Part shown: positions 11,323 to 23,305 of the stretch, in pieces | How positions within the stretch are numbered: position 1 is the stretch's first letter | How the letters are laid out: every line of letters starts with the position of its first letter | Origin: Dictyostelium discoideum | Taxonomy: Eukaryota | Direction: 5' to 3' | Length of the DNA: 64,000 nucleotides | NCBI GenBank assembly: GCA_000004695.1 | Contig: CM000150.2 | Coordinates: 4,224,001 to 4,288,000, forward strand | Position numbers and translations under genes: made by a program | Notes under the pieces: model-generated | What the model was told of the DNA's origin: nothing | Seen by the model: only the letters and a program-made list of their open reading frames with translations | The model's database searches: none

Positions 11323-13343
11323 TTAATCACTACTTGTATTTGAAGCACTATTAATATTACTTTCTTCTTCATCATCAGCACCTCTTGTAGTTTGACCTTT
11401 TGAAATTGATTCATTAACTTCTAATTCAATATTTTTACTTTCAAATTCTTTTCTTGAATTATTATTTTGATTATTTTGATTATTTTTAGAATTTTTAGAA
11501 TTTGAAGTTGGATTTGTACCACTACCATAATGAGTCATTGAATTAAAGTTTATAATATTATATTTCAATAAGAATGGTTTAATATTTGGATGATTTAAAA
11601 TTTTAGAATGAATCCAAATATCACGTGCATTTTGAGATGTACCATATATACAAAAGAAAGTTATACCAAATAATCTTATAAAGAAATAAAATACAAAATA
11701 GGCTACATAATTTGGACCTGCCATTAAACATTCCTTACCTGTATCTGATAATAAACACATTACATAATCAACTACTTTTTCTTTATATTCTTTGCTATGA
11801 CTTTCATTATCAAAATTAAATATAAATAAATAATAAAATGATCCACCAACTAATGTTACACATAAAAATGGTTTAATTTGTAATAATATCATTCTATTAT
11901 CTTTTGTTGAAACATTTTTAGTAATCTATTATAACCACCAAATATTTATTGTGTTAGTAATATTAATAATTTATAAAATATATATATATATATATAATAA
12001 ATTAATGTATACTTTACTTTATAAATTTCATAAATTACTAAAATAATACAAACTGAACCAATTGTTAAAGCAATACCACATGGTATCCAAAATACACTGT
12101 TTACATACCAAGTTTTTCTAATCCAACATGCTAATGAACCAGTACCAGCCATAAATGCATTGCCTGCTAATGGGATAATGACAGATATTAATGAAGCAGT
12201 TGTATTGAAAATTATGAAATAACGAAAATCGAAAAGTTTAATTCTTTTTACAACAGCGAATAAACAAATTGACATTGTTGTCCACCAGAATACACCATTT
12301 GTAATACCAATATGAAATAGGGCACCTGTTGCACCACATGAAACATCTGATTGAACTGCAAATCTACCAGGTTCTGGACATAGTAATTTCTCATAGCCAA
12401 TTCCATAGGTAACTATATCCATCATTGTAATTATAATAACAGATGCCGAGAAAAAGGTTATACAATAATTATATTTACTTCTTCTATGATTTAGTATACC
12501 AAATGTAAGTACATTATAAATTGAACATACAAAACTAATTGTTGATAATATTTTAGACATATTATACATTTGATGCCATTTCTTCTCTGTATAAATTGGT
12601 GCAACACAAGGCAATACGCAATTAGTTGGTGTTAAATATGTGTAACCTCTATCTGCCGAATATTTAGGATCCGATGAATTGAATAATAGTAATGGTGATG
12701 GACAAATTTCAATTAATTCACTAGTTGTACTTTTATTTTCAAAAGTTGCCAATGGATCTGAACAAGGTACTGGGAAAAATCCACCATTAGCTGTGAACCC
12801 GTAATCGGTTAAATTATACAATGTTGCAATTCTTGGAAATTTTAATGGATCTGAACAATTTAATGATGCACCCAATGATGAACAATTGGAAACCATTCTT
12901 TCACATGCTGATTTGCATAATCTTTGTGGTAATGATACACTTTTTATTGGTGTTATAGTTGTAGGTGTTTGAAAACATGGTGGAAAATAAATATCACAAA
13001 TTCCAAATTCTGCAAAATTTAAATCAAAACATTTCGATTGCAAAAATGTTAAAGAGATAAAAGTTTTTTCAACAATTTTCTGATTTATATATTGAATTGT
13101 TATATTTTTACTTGTATAAATGTTTTTATAATTTGGTAATTTTTCATTACATAATGGTTGATCAATTGAATCACCTATATAATTTGAACAAGTTGCTGTT
13201 GGGTCAACTAATCCTGCTCCATATCCATCTGGTAAATTTAATCCAAATGTTTTAATATTATTATTATTATTTACAATTAAAATTATTAAAAATAATTTTA
13301 AAATTATTATTATTTTATTATTATTATTATTTTTATTAAACAT
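11323..13343 (-). CDS. Frizzled/Smoothened-like 7TM receptor (fsl family)
   Basis: Two exons: 12018..13343 and 11323..11925. The first has a signal/TM N-terminus and a Cys-rich Frizzled CRD (..TATCSNYIGDSIDQPLCNEK..CFDLNFAEFGICDIYFPPCFQ..LCKSACERMVSNCSSLGASLNCSD..), followed by hydrophobic helices (..SVIIPLAGNAFMAGTGSLACWIRKTWYVNSVFWIPCGIALTIGSVCIILVIYEIYK). The donor is AAA|GTAAAG and the acceptor AG is at 11927-11926 (phase 0). The second exon continues with helices (..FLCVTLVGGSFYYLFIF..) and a Ser/Asn-rich tail. Confidence 0.75.
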
Positions 13344-14290
13344 TTTTTTTTTATTTTATTTATAAAAAAAAAAAAAAAAAAAAAGAATAAAAAAAAATTT
13401 ATAAATTTATTATTTAATTTTCTATTTTTAATTATTTATTATTATTCTAAAATATTTATTTTTATTATTATTTTATTATTTTTTTTTTTTTATTTTAATT
13501 TTTTTTTTTATTTTTTTTTTATTATTTACAGTGATTAAAATTATAATAATAATTAAAAAGATGGTTTTTTTTTTTTAATAGGTGTGAATAAAAAAAAAAA
13601 AAAAATTGAAATAGAAGATATTTATTCCAATTCTTTTATTTTATCAAAAGTAAAATTGTGCAACAGCCGGCCAATTCTCTTGGTTTTAAAGAGAAAAATA
13701 AAAAAAATAAAAAAATAAAAAATAAAAAAATATCTTTTTTGGGGCCAATCTTAATTTATTTTTATCAAAAGGTTAAAGTTCCAAAAGAATGTTTTTTTAT
13801 TTTTTTTATTTTTTATTTTTATTTTTATTTTTTTTTTTTTTTCTTTTTTACTTTCTCTTTTTTTCTTTTCTTATTTTTTTAATTTTTTTTTTTATTTTGT
13901 GATTAAATTTTTTTTTTTTTTTTTGTGAATGAAAAAATACTTTTTTTTTTTTTTTTTTTTTTTTATTATAAATAAACTGATCAGCAGTGAATAAAATTTT
14001 AAAATTAAAAAAATAAAAAAATAAAAAAATTTAAAAATAAAAAAAAAAAAAAAAAAATAAAAAAACAAAAAAATAAAAATAATTAAGATTTTAGTTTTTA
14101 TTATTTTTGTTGAACAAAAAAAAAAAAAAAAAGTTTTTCGAAAAAAGCATTTCTATGGAAAGTGGGCCTAAAAGTTTTAAAAAAAGGATGGTGGGAAATA
14201 ATCGCAAACCTTAAAAAATTAAAAAAACCGTTCAAAAAATCACCAATTAAAATTGTTATAAAAATAAAAGATATTTTCTCAATTCTATTA

Positions 14291-14327
<37 letters not shown>

Positions 14328-14400
14328 AAAAAAAAAAAAATTGTTTATTTGTTAGTTTTTGTTTAAAGAAATTTATTTTAGTATAATGAAATGGTCTATG

Positions 14401-14436
<36 letters not shown>

Positions 14437-14796
14437 TTTAATTTTTTTTTTTATGAAATTTGATAACATAATTTCTTTATTTTTATATTTATTATTTTAA
14501 TTATTTTTTTTTTTCTTTATTCTTTCTGTTTTTTAAAAATTTATCGAAATTAAAATCAATTATTTTATTATAAAAACATAAAAATTTCGAGGAGATATTT
14601 TTTATAAAAATATAAAATTGAATAAAAAAAAACTTTTTTTAGGATTACACAAAAAAAATCAACTCGGTATGAAATCGAAAAAAATTAACAAAAAAAAAAG
14701 AAAAAAAAAATTAGAAAATTACAATGAAAAGTTTTTTTTTACGATTATAATAATAAAATTATGTATAGCGGGTTTAAATTAATATTGTTTGGTTTC

Positions 14797-14830
<34 letters not shown>

Positions 14831-14877
14831 TATTTAAACATAATATTATTTTCACATTTTTATTTTTATTTTTATTT

Positions 14878-17800
14878 TTAATTTTCTGTTTTTTCATCTT
14901 TATTATTTTCATCTTTACTATTACTTAATGAAGAAGTTGAGTCGCTACTTGTTGATGAAGAATCGTCTTCGTTGGCTGAAGAAGTTGTAGTTGATGATGA
15001 TACACTTGAAGAAGTATCATTTTCTTTATTATCTTGAGCATCATCCTTTAATTTTGGAGGTTCTGATGATTGTGGTGGTTGTTGTTCTTCAGTTGCAATA
15101 ACTGTGGTTTTATCATCCTCACCTTCAGTTGCAGTTGTAACAATTGTATTAACTTGGACTGGTTCAACTTGAGTTATTGTTGTAGTTGTGGTTGTTGATT
15201 CTTTTTGATCTTCTTGTTCTTCTGGTTTTTTCTCTTCAACAACAACATTTTCAGTCATAACAACTGGTACTAAAGTTGTAGTGATAGTTGTATCTGATGT
15301 TTCAGTTGTTGTAGTAATTGGTTGAACCTCTTCTTCAACTACTTTTTTTTGTTCTTCTTTTTGTTCTTCTTTTTGTTCTTCTTTTTGTTCTTCTTTTTGT
15401 TCTTCTTTTTCAACTACTTTTTCTTCAATAATTGTTTTTTCTTCAACAATTATTTTCTCCTCAACAATTGGTTCAACTACTTTTTCTTCAATAACAATTG
15501 GTTTCTCTTCAACAATTGGTTCAACTGCTTTTTCTTCATTTATAATAACTGGTGCAATTACTTCTTTATTAACTGGAATAACAGTAGATGAAGATGATTC
15601 ATCTTTTTTTTCATTATTATTAGTAGTAGTAGTGGTTGAAGTTGGTTTAAAACCACCATCAACAAAATCAGCACCATAAAGTTCTTTAATTTCATTTTGA
15701 TATTTAATACTAACATTTCTTCTTTTTAATTTTTTAGTTGGAGTTAATTCAGAAGTTTCACCAGTTTCTTGGAATTCAACTGGTAAAATTTTAACTTTTT
15801 TAATTGTTGAAACATTTGGAAGTTTTGAATTAATATCTTTCATTTGAGAATCAATATAGGCAATGAAATGTTTATCTGTTGAAGCTTCTTCCATTGATTT
15901 TGGTAATGGATGAGTGTAACCTTGACCTGGTAATAACTTGAATAAATCAGCATTGACAGTGACCAAAGCAACTAAATATTTTTGACGATCACCAATTACT
16001 ACGGCTTGTTCAACACCAATGATTTGACGAATGAAACCTTCAATCAAGGTTGGTGAAATATTTTCACCACCTGCTGTAATGATTAACTCTTTCTTTCTAT
16101 CGGTGATGAAAATGAAACCATCCTTATCGATATGACCGACATCACCAGTATGAACCCAACCATCTTTATCAATGGTTTCCTTTGAGGCCTCATCATTCTT
16201 ATAATAACCAACAAAACAGTTTGGACCTCTAACCAAGATTTCACCATCACTATCGACAATCACTTCACTACCTTGCATTGTTTTACCAACTGAACCTGTA
16301 CGATTGAGTGGATAACCAACACTTTGTGGACCACTAAGTTCACTCATACCATAGGCTTCACAAACTGTAATACCTAAACCCAAGAAAAACTCTAAAGTAT
16401 CAATTGAAATTGGTGCAGCTGCTGATGCTAATAATTTACATTGTTCTAAACCTAAATTCTTAATAACTTTCTTAAAAACTAATGCATTTGCAATACCATA
16501 TCCCATTGGTCTCTTTTCACCTTTTTGAATCTTATAACCACCTTCAACACCTTTCTTTTGTGCCCAAGATACAATCTTTTTACCAATACCACCTTTTTGA
16601 GCTAAAAGTGATTGAATTTTAACTTGAATTTTTTCCCAAACTCTTGGTACACCTTTATAATAATAAAAAAAAAAAAAAAAAAATAATATTAATAAATATT
16701 TATATAATATAAAAATATATTTTTAAAATAAAATAAAACTTACCAAAGAAAATTGTTGGTCTAACTTCTTGTAAAGTATCTAATAATGTACCACTTAAAG
16801 CAGTTTTTTCAGCAAAACTAACTGGAAAACCAAAAACTATTGGAGCATATAAAGAAACGATTTGTTCAGCAATATGTGATAATGGTAAATAACTAATGAT
16901 TCTTTCAGTATGAGGTGCATCAATGTTTACAACATCATAACCAATTGTATGAACTGTCCAGAGTACATTGGAATGAGTTAACATAACACCTTTTGGTAAA
17001 CTTGTTGTACCACTTGTATAGATAAGAGTTGCTAAATCATTTGGTTTAATTAATTTTGAATGTTTTTCTAATTCACTATTTTCAATATTTTTACCTAATT
17101 CCATAAATTGTTCCCAAGTATAAACAAATCCTTGATATCTATGTGCCATTGTTGCAGGTGTAACTGTTGTTGTTGCTGCTTTTGATGAACCAGCATCAGC
17201 AGTGGTGGTTTCAGATTCTTTACCAGATGATTCATCAACTTGACCTGGTACTGGATCCATAATAATACAAGCTTTAATGTTTGGTAATTTATCTCTAATA
17301 CTAATATATTTATTTAATTGGGTGACATCTTCACAAAATACAATTTGAGCATCGGAATGAGTTGCAAAATATTCACATTGACTTGGTGATGAAGTTGTAT
17401 AGACACCAGTTGGTAAAGCATTACAATGAATTGCACCTAAATATGCAATATGCCATTCTGGTGAATTGAAACCAATAATATTAACACCACTTCTTGAATG
17501 AACACCTAATGAAAGAATTGATTTACCTGCCATCAATACTTCATTTCTATATTGTTGCCATGTCCAACCCTTCCAAACGTTATCACGTTTAACTCTCATT
17601 GCCATTAAATTTGGATGTTTATTAGATGTATATTCTAAAGCTTCCATAACTGTACTAGGCATTGGAATTGTTTTAATTGGTCCTTTTTTAACATTTCCTG
17701 TTGTTGATGTTGGTGTTGTTGGTTGTGCTTCTGTTGTAGTGGTTGTAGTAGTAGTAGTTGTAGTTGTAGTAGTTGTTGGTGTTGGTTCTACAGTAGTAGC

Positions 17801-17889
17801 AGTATTAGTTTCTGCTGTCTCTGGTTTAGTTTCAATTGTAGTTGTTGTTGTGGTGGTTTCTTCAATAACTTTGACATCTTCTTTTGACT

Positions 17890-17893
<4 letters not shown>
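14878..17893 (-). CDS. Long-chain fatty-acyl-CoA synthetase (AMP-binding family) with low-complexity N- and C-terminal extensions
   Basis: Two exons: 16744..17893 and 14878..16652. The donor is G|GTAAGT (16743-16738), the acceptor AG is at 16654-16653, the phase is 1, and the join reads ..RPTIFFG|VPRVWEKIQ... The AMP-binding signature is LIYTSGTTSLPKGVMLTHSNVLW. The core motifs are GYGMSE, ..GEILVRGPNCFVGYYKNDEASKETIDKDGWVHTGDVGHIDKDGFIFITDRKKELIITAGGENISP... The protein is 974 aa. It carries an N-terminal poly-Thr run and C-terminal (EEKxVE)/(EEQK)n repeats plus an acidic Ser/Thr tail. Confidence 0.85.
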
Positions 17894-17927
<34 letters not shown>

Positions 17928-18167
17928 ATTTATTATTTTATTTTTTTTATTTGTTTGTCTTCTTTATAAATGAAAAATTATTATTATTAAATTATTTTTT
18001 AATTTGTTTTTATTTTTTTATTTTTTTATTTTTAAAAAATTATTATTATTATTGTTATTTTTTTTTTTTTTATGACAAATAAAAAGTAATAAATTAATTT
18101 TATATATATATGTGTGTGTGTGTGTTTTTGATAAGGGATGAATAAACGATTGAAAGGTATGGTAGAG

Positions 18168-18200
<33 letters not shown>

Positions 18201-18479
18201 ATTTTTTTTATTTTTTTTTTTTTTTTTTTTTTTTTCAAGATTATTTGAATTTTTTTTATTTTTTTAATTTATTTTTAATTATTTTAATTTTTTTAATTTT
18301 TTTTTTCATTTTTTTTTTGAAAATTTAATTTATTTTTGTCATGTTGTCATGAGATTTTTTAACGGATTTCTAAATTTCACGTGTTATCATGGATTCGTTT
18401 TTAAAATTTTTTTTACAGCGTCAAATATCATCATGACTTGAAAAATAATCCAATTTTGGTTTGGGAAAAATATGAAAAT

Positions 18480-19055
18480 AATTTTTTAATTTTTTTTTTT
18501 TACTTTTTGTCAGGATACTATGGACGAATAAGTTAAAATTTTCTTTAAAAGAGGGTTTTTTTATTCGTTTATAATAAAATAAATAAAAATAAAAAAATAA
18601 AAATAAAAAAATAAAAAAAAACAACTAAAATTATAACCTATTAAATCAATTCAAACTTCTTATCAATCTAAAAAATAATATTATCATATAATTTTTTAAA
18701 ATAGTAATAAAGAAAAATATTTATGAAAAAAGAAAAAAAAACTTTTAACATTTTTCGTTCTTAAATTTTTTTTTTTATTTTTAATTTTTCTATTTTTTTT
18801 TTTTTTTTAAGGAAGTTTATTTTTATTTTTATTTTTAACCACAAAATTGTAGAATAACACATTCTGAACATGGTTTCGATTTCTCAATTCAATTAAATGA
18901 AGATGGAAAGCTCACTAGATTTTCCTAATACTTGAAATAACCAAACCTAAAATGGAAAAAAACAAAAATAAAACGAAAAAAATTTTCATTTCAATATTTG
19001 AATATTTTATTTTTTGTTTAATGGTTAATTGAAAATTTGGTTATCATTATTAAAA
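18480..19055. repeat. Inverted copy of flank module F (the reverse complement of about 9438..9900)
   Basis: For example, 18511 'ggatactatggacgaataagttaaaattttctttaaaagagggttttttt..' is the reverse complement of 9840..9900. Likewise 18841..18920 is the reverse complement of 9480..9560, and 19010..19050 is the reverse complement of 9438..9480. Confidence 0.7.
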
Positions 19056-19680
19056 TTATCAGCAGTTGGTACATTAGAATTTAGATCGATTGCAGAACCA
19101 GTTAGAACAACAAGAGATATTAATGAATTTAAATATATTCAAGCATCAGTTACATCAATTAATCCAGAAAATAATAGTGTACTGGTGAAATCAACATTTC
19201 ATAATGAGAAACCATTCGAGATGAAATATGATAAATTAGTGATTGGTGTTGGTAGTAGAAATAATACGTTTGGTATTAAAGGTGTTGAAGAGAATGCCAA
19301 CTTTTTAAAAGAACTTCATCATGCCAGAGAAATTCGTCAAAAGATTATAGAATGTTTTGAACGTGCATCATTGCCAGATGTTTCAACTGAAGAACGTGAA
19401 AGACTATTATCGTTCGTTATCGTCGGTGGTGGTGCGAGTAAATGAGGTGAAAATCATTCTATTGGAGGCATCGGGTAAAATCTTGAGTACATTCGACCAG
19501 AAGTTGGTGAAAAAGGCATTGAATACTTAATGATGGGTAATCGTTATTAGTTTGGTCAACTGGTATAGGTCAACATCCACTTGTTAAAAACTCATCATTT
19601 GAAAAGGACAGCCATGATAGAATCATTGTTGATGATCATTTACGTGTTAAAAACTATTCAAATGTTTTTATTAAAAATAG
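19029..19680 (+). pseudogene. NDH-2 pseudogene fragment, inverted relative to the intact gene (5' part of exon 2, with internal deletions)
   Basis: The plus-strand reading AVGTLEFRSIAEPVRTTRDINEFKYIQASVTSINPENNSVLVKSTFHNEKPFEMKYDKLVIGVGSRNNTFGIKGVEENANFLKELHHAREIRQKIIECFERASLPDVSTEERERLLSFVIVGGGA is identical to exon 2 of the 1940..3446 gene. It is followed by a stop and by two deletions of about 105-110 bp relative to the intact gene (one removes ..TGIEFTSELNDFF..PVN, the other ..RNSGIDVRTHSS..IPYG). The homology ends at about 19675. There is no start codon and no first or last exon. Confidence 0.75.
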
Positions 19681-20034
19681 ATTTAAAATAAAAAAAAACA
19701 CCAAAAAAAATTAATTTGTTTGCTTTGGTATTTTTTTGATGCCAATAAAATAATCCAGATTTAATTGATTTATTATTTTTGATTTAAAAAAAAAAAAAAA
19801 AAAATGTTGTAACAACTATTTGATTAAATTTTTTTATTCTTTTCTGTCTTTAATCTTTTTTTAATACCATAATAAAAAAAAAAATATTTTTTTATTTTTT
19901 TTTAATTTTTATTTTTTTCGTTCGTTTTTCACAATTATTTTTTTTTTTTATTTTTTATTTTTTTTTTTTTTTCAACTATTTTTTTACATTATTTATACAA
20001 TAATTACTTTTTTTTTTTTTATTATTTTTAAAAA

Positions 20035-22332
20035 ATGGTACAACCAAATGTAAATAAAAAAACAAATAATAATAATAATAAAGTTATTACAAAATCGATT
20101 CATTCAAATAAAGGAAAATTTGAATTGAAAAAGAAACCTGTACAATTACAACAAATATCAAATGATAAAATTAATGATAATAATAATTTAAAAAATCAAT
20201 TAGAAATTCCAAAAGAAATTCCAAAAGAAATTAAATTACAAAAAGAATCATTACCAGTATTTACAGCAAAAGATGCACTTTTAAAAAATTTTAAAGAACA
20301 TTCAACTGTTATTATTATATCTGAAACTGGTACTGGTAAAACAACTCGTAAGTTTTTATATATATGTATATATTTTAAATTTTTTAATAATATGTTTGTA
20401 AAAAAAATAAACAAAAAACAAAAAACTAATTTAAAAATAAATAAAAATAAAGAAATACCACAATATTTATATGAAAATGGGTATAAAGATAATGGTATAA
20501 TTGCAATTACACAACCAAGAAGAGTTGCAGCAGTATCAATTTCGAAAAGAGTTTCACAAGAGATGGGAGTTGAATTAGGTGATCAAGTTGGTTATTGTGT
20601 TAGATTTGATGATAAAACCAATGAAAAAACCAAATTAAAATATATGACAGATGGTATGTTAGTTAGAGAGGCAATGTTAGATTCATCATTATCGAAATAT
20701 TCTGTGATTATATTGGATGAGGCACATGAGCGTACATTAAATACTGATGTTTTATTTGGGTTATTAAAATCGATTCAAAAGAGAAGAGAAAAGAAAAACC
20801 CATTAAAAATTATTATCATGTCTGCGACATTAGATGCTGAATTATTTTCACAATATTTTAATAATGCACCAGTGTTATATATTGAGGGTAGACAATTCCC
20901 AGTGCAAATCTATTACACTGAGGAAATTCAAAAAGATTATGTTGATGCAGCATTAATTACAGTATTACAAATTCATATAGCTCATTTAACAGATAAATCA
21001 ATTAATAAAGAAGAAGAGGAAGATGGAGGAGACATTTTAGTATTTTTAACAGGTCGTGATGAAATTGAAAATCTTGAAAAACTTTTATTAGATAGAATAC
21101 CACGTTTACCAGTTGGTTCAAAAGATTTAATAGTTTGTCCAATCTTTTCAGCATTACCACAAGAGCAACAAATGAAAGTTTTTGAGAAAGCTCCAAAAGG
21201 AAGTAGAAAAGTGATTTTAGCAACAAATATCGCTGAAACTTCTTTGACAATCAATGGTATTCGGTATGTTGTAGATAGTGGTGCTGTGAAATCTAAAATT
21301 TTCAATCCGAAAATTGGTATTGATTCATTGAATATTATACCGATTTCAAAGGCATCAGCAAAACAAAGAACTGGTAGAGCTGGTAGAGAATTCGAGGGTA
21401 AATGCTACCGTTTATATACTCAAGAAACTTTTGAAAAATTAGATACCTCTTCAATACCTGAGATTAAACGTTCAAATATTGCAAATGTTATATTACAATT
21501 GAAAACCATTGGCATCAATGATATTTTATCATTTGACTTTTTAGAATCACCACCGGTTGCATCGGTTATAAAATCATTGGAACTTTTATTTTGTTTAGAT
21601 GCAATCTCTGATAATGGATCATTGACAGAGTTGGGTAAAAAAATGGCATTATTCCCACTAGATCCAATGTATAGTAAAACTTTAATTAAATCCATTGAAT
21701 TTGAATGTTCAGAAGAGGTTTTAATAATCATTAGTATTCTATCGGTTGAATCTATATTTTTCACACCAAAAGAAAAGAAAAAAGAAGTTGAGGATGTAAA
21801 GAAAATCTTTTTCTCACCAGATGGTGATCATATAACATTTTTAAATGTTTTTAGAGAATTTCAAAAATCAAAACCTCAACAACAACAACAATGGTGTTTT
21901 GATCATTTTATAAATTTAAAATCAATGATTAAAGTTTTAAATGTTTTTGAACAATTGGTTAAATATTGTATCTCTTTAAAATTACCAATAGTTTCTTGTG
22001 GTTCCGATTTCGATCGTATTAAAAAATCATTTATTGGTGGTTTCTTTTTAAATACTGCAATTTTACAACCTGATAAAAAATATAAAACAATGGTTGATAA
22101 TAAAGAAATTCAAATTCATCCAACATCTTTCTTATTCGATCAAAAACCTCAACATATTCTCTATAATGAATTAACAATCACTACAAAAGCTTTTGCTAGA
22201 AATATTATACCAATTGAAGGTAGTTGGTTAGCTGAAATTTGTCCAAAATATTATGGTACAAGATTAACAAAACAACAACAACAACAACAACAACAAAATT
22301 CAATTCAATCAATTGATACTTTTAAAAATTAA
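20035..22332 (+). CDS. DEAH-box ATP-dependent RNA helicase (DHX-type, with HA2/OB C-terminal region)
   Basis: Two exons: 20035..20347 and 20453..22332. The intron (20348..20452) begins with GTAAGT at 20348 and the acceptor AG is at 20451-20452. Splicing regenerates motif I, GTGKTTQIPQYL. Motif II is ILDEAHERT (DEAH), III is MSATLDA, IV is LVFLTG, V is TNIAETSLTI and VI is QRTGRAGR. A C-terminal poly-Gln run follows. Confidence 0.9.
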   Translation: MVQPNVNKKTNNNNNKVITKSIHSNKGKFELKKKPVQLQQISNDKINDNNNLKNQLEIPKEIPKEIKLQKESLPVFTAKDALLKNFKEHSTVIIISETGTGKTTRKFLYICIYFKFFNNMFVKKINKKQKTNLKINKNKEIPQYLYENGYKDNGIIAITQPRRVAAVSISKRVSQEMGVELGDQVGYCVRFDDKTNEKTKLKYMTDGMLVREAMLDSSLSKYSVIILDEAHERTLNTDVLFGLLKSIQKRREKKNPLKIIIMSATLDAELFSQYFNNAPVLYIEGRQFPVQIYYTEEIQKDYVDAALITVLQIHIAHLTDKSINKEEEEDGGDILVFLTGRDEIENLEKLLLDRIPRLPVGSKDLIVCPIFSALPQEQQMKVFEKAPKGSRKVILATNIAETSLTINGIRYVVDSGAVKSKIFNPKIGIDSLNIIPISKASAKQRTGRAGREFEGKCYRLYTQETFEKLDTSSIPEIKRSNIANVILQLKTIGINDILSFDFLESPPVASVIKSLELLFCLDAISDNGSLTELGKKMALFPLDPMYSKTLIKSIEFECSEEVLIIISILSVESIFFTPKEKKKEVEDVKKIFFSPDGDHITFLNVFREFQKSKPQQQQQWCFDHFINLKSMIKVLNVFEQLVKYCISLKLPIVSCGSDFDRIKKSFIGGFFLNTAILQPDKKYKTMVDNKEIQIHPTSFLFDQKPQHILYNELTITTKAFARNIIPIEGSWLAEICPKYYGTRLTKQQQQQQQQNSIQSIDTFKN

Positions 22333-22984
22333 TTAATTAATTAATTAAATAATAATAATAATAAAAAAAAAAAAAAAAAAATTATCTAAACATTATATAA
22401 TATAGTGTAAACATCCAAAATAAAAAAGTAAATTTATAAATGTTTAATTTGGATTTTTATTTTTATTTTTTTTTATTTCTTCATTATCTGAATATTCACT
22501 TGAGCTATTGAGCCATTATTAGTTGATTGAGAAATAACTCTTTTTAAATTATTTATAAAAGGATCAACAACCATGGGTTGAGAGTTGAATTAAAAATTTT
22601 TTTTTTTTTTAATTTTATAGTTTAATTTGTGTATACCAAATGTATCTATCCACTTTGATTTTTAATTTTTATATGTTTTTTTAAAAACAGTGTCGTTTTC
22701 AGATTAATTAAATTGTAGGTGAATTGAAACAATTTACGAAATTATACTTTTTTATCTGAAACAATAATCTTTGGTAATTAAAGAATTTAGGAGGAAATTA
22801 TAAATTATAATATTATAATATTTTTTTTTTTTTTTTTTTTAATATTAGTACTTCCTTTTTTTTTAGTGAATATATCGAGTTGAGCGATTGGTTGTAATTT
22901 GAAGAATAGGCATTAATATTATTATTTATTATTTATTTGTATATGAATTTGTGGATGTAAAACAAATGTCATTTAACTGAGATG

Positions 22985-23160
22985 TGGCAACACCAAAATA
23001 ATTGACTTTGATCACTTCCTCCATTGAATGGTAGTGAAGATTGGCGGCGGAACTGGATCATATCATATGATCCAGTTCCGCGGCAAATCTTCAATATGAA
23101 ACAATGGCAGAGATGATCAAAGTCAATTATTTGGAATTGAAATTTCAGCATTAAAGTGAT
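22985..23160. repeat. Roughly 176-bp imperfect palindrome (long hairpin) with a perfect 17-bp inverted-repeat core
   Basis: The core is gcggaactggatcatat-c-atatgatccagttccgc, centred at about 23071. The outer arms 'ccaaaataattgactttgatca' and 'tgatcaaagtcaattatttgg' are perfect reverse complements. The arms between them are imperfect. The element is distinctly GC-richer than the surrounding AT-rich intergenic DNA. Confidence 0.6.
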
Positions 23161-23305
23161 GTGGTTTATTTTAAAAAATCTTTTTTTTTTTTTTATCCTT
23201 TAAAGTTTTTATTTTATTTTATTTTTTTTTTTTTTTTATTTTGAAAGTTTTTTTTGGATTTTTTTTATTTTTTTTTTTTTTTAAATTTTTTTAATAATTT
23301 TAAAA

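Noticed and set aside
15322-15591. Phe-rich 89-aa ORF
   Set aside because: It is antisense to the (GAA/AAA)n EEK-repeat region of the acyl-CoA synthetase.
22440-22580. 33-aa minus-strand ORF 'MVVDPFINNLKRVISQSTNNGSIAQVNIQIMKK' downstream of the helicase
   Set aside because: It is too short and lies within the likely 3' UTR of the helicase, with no support.
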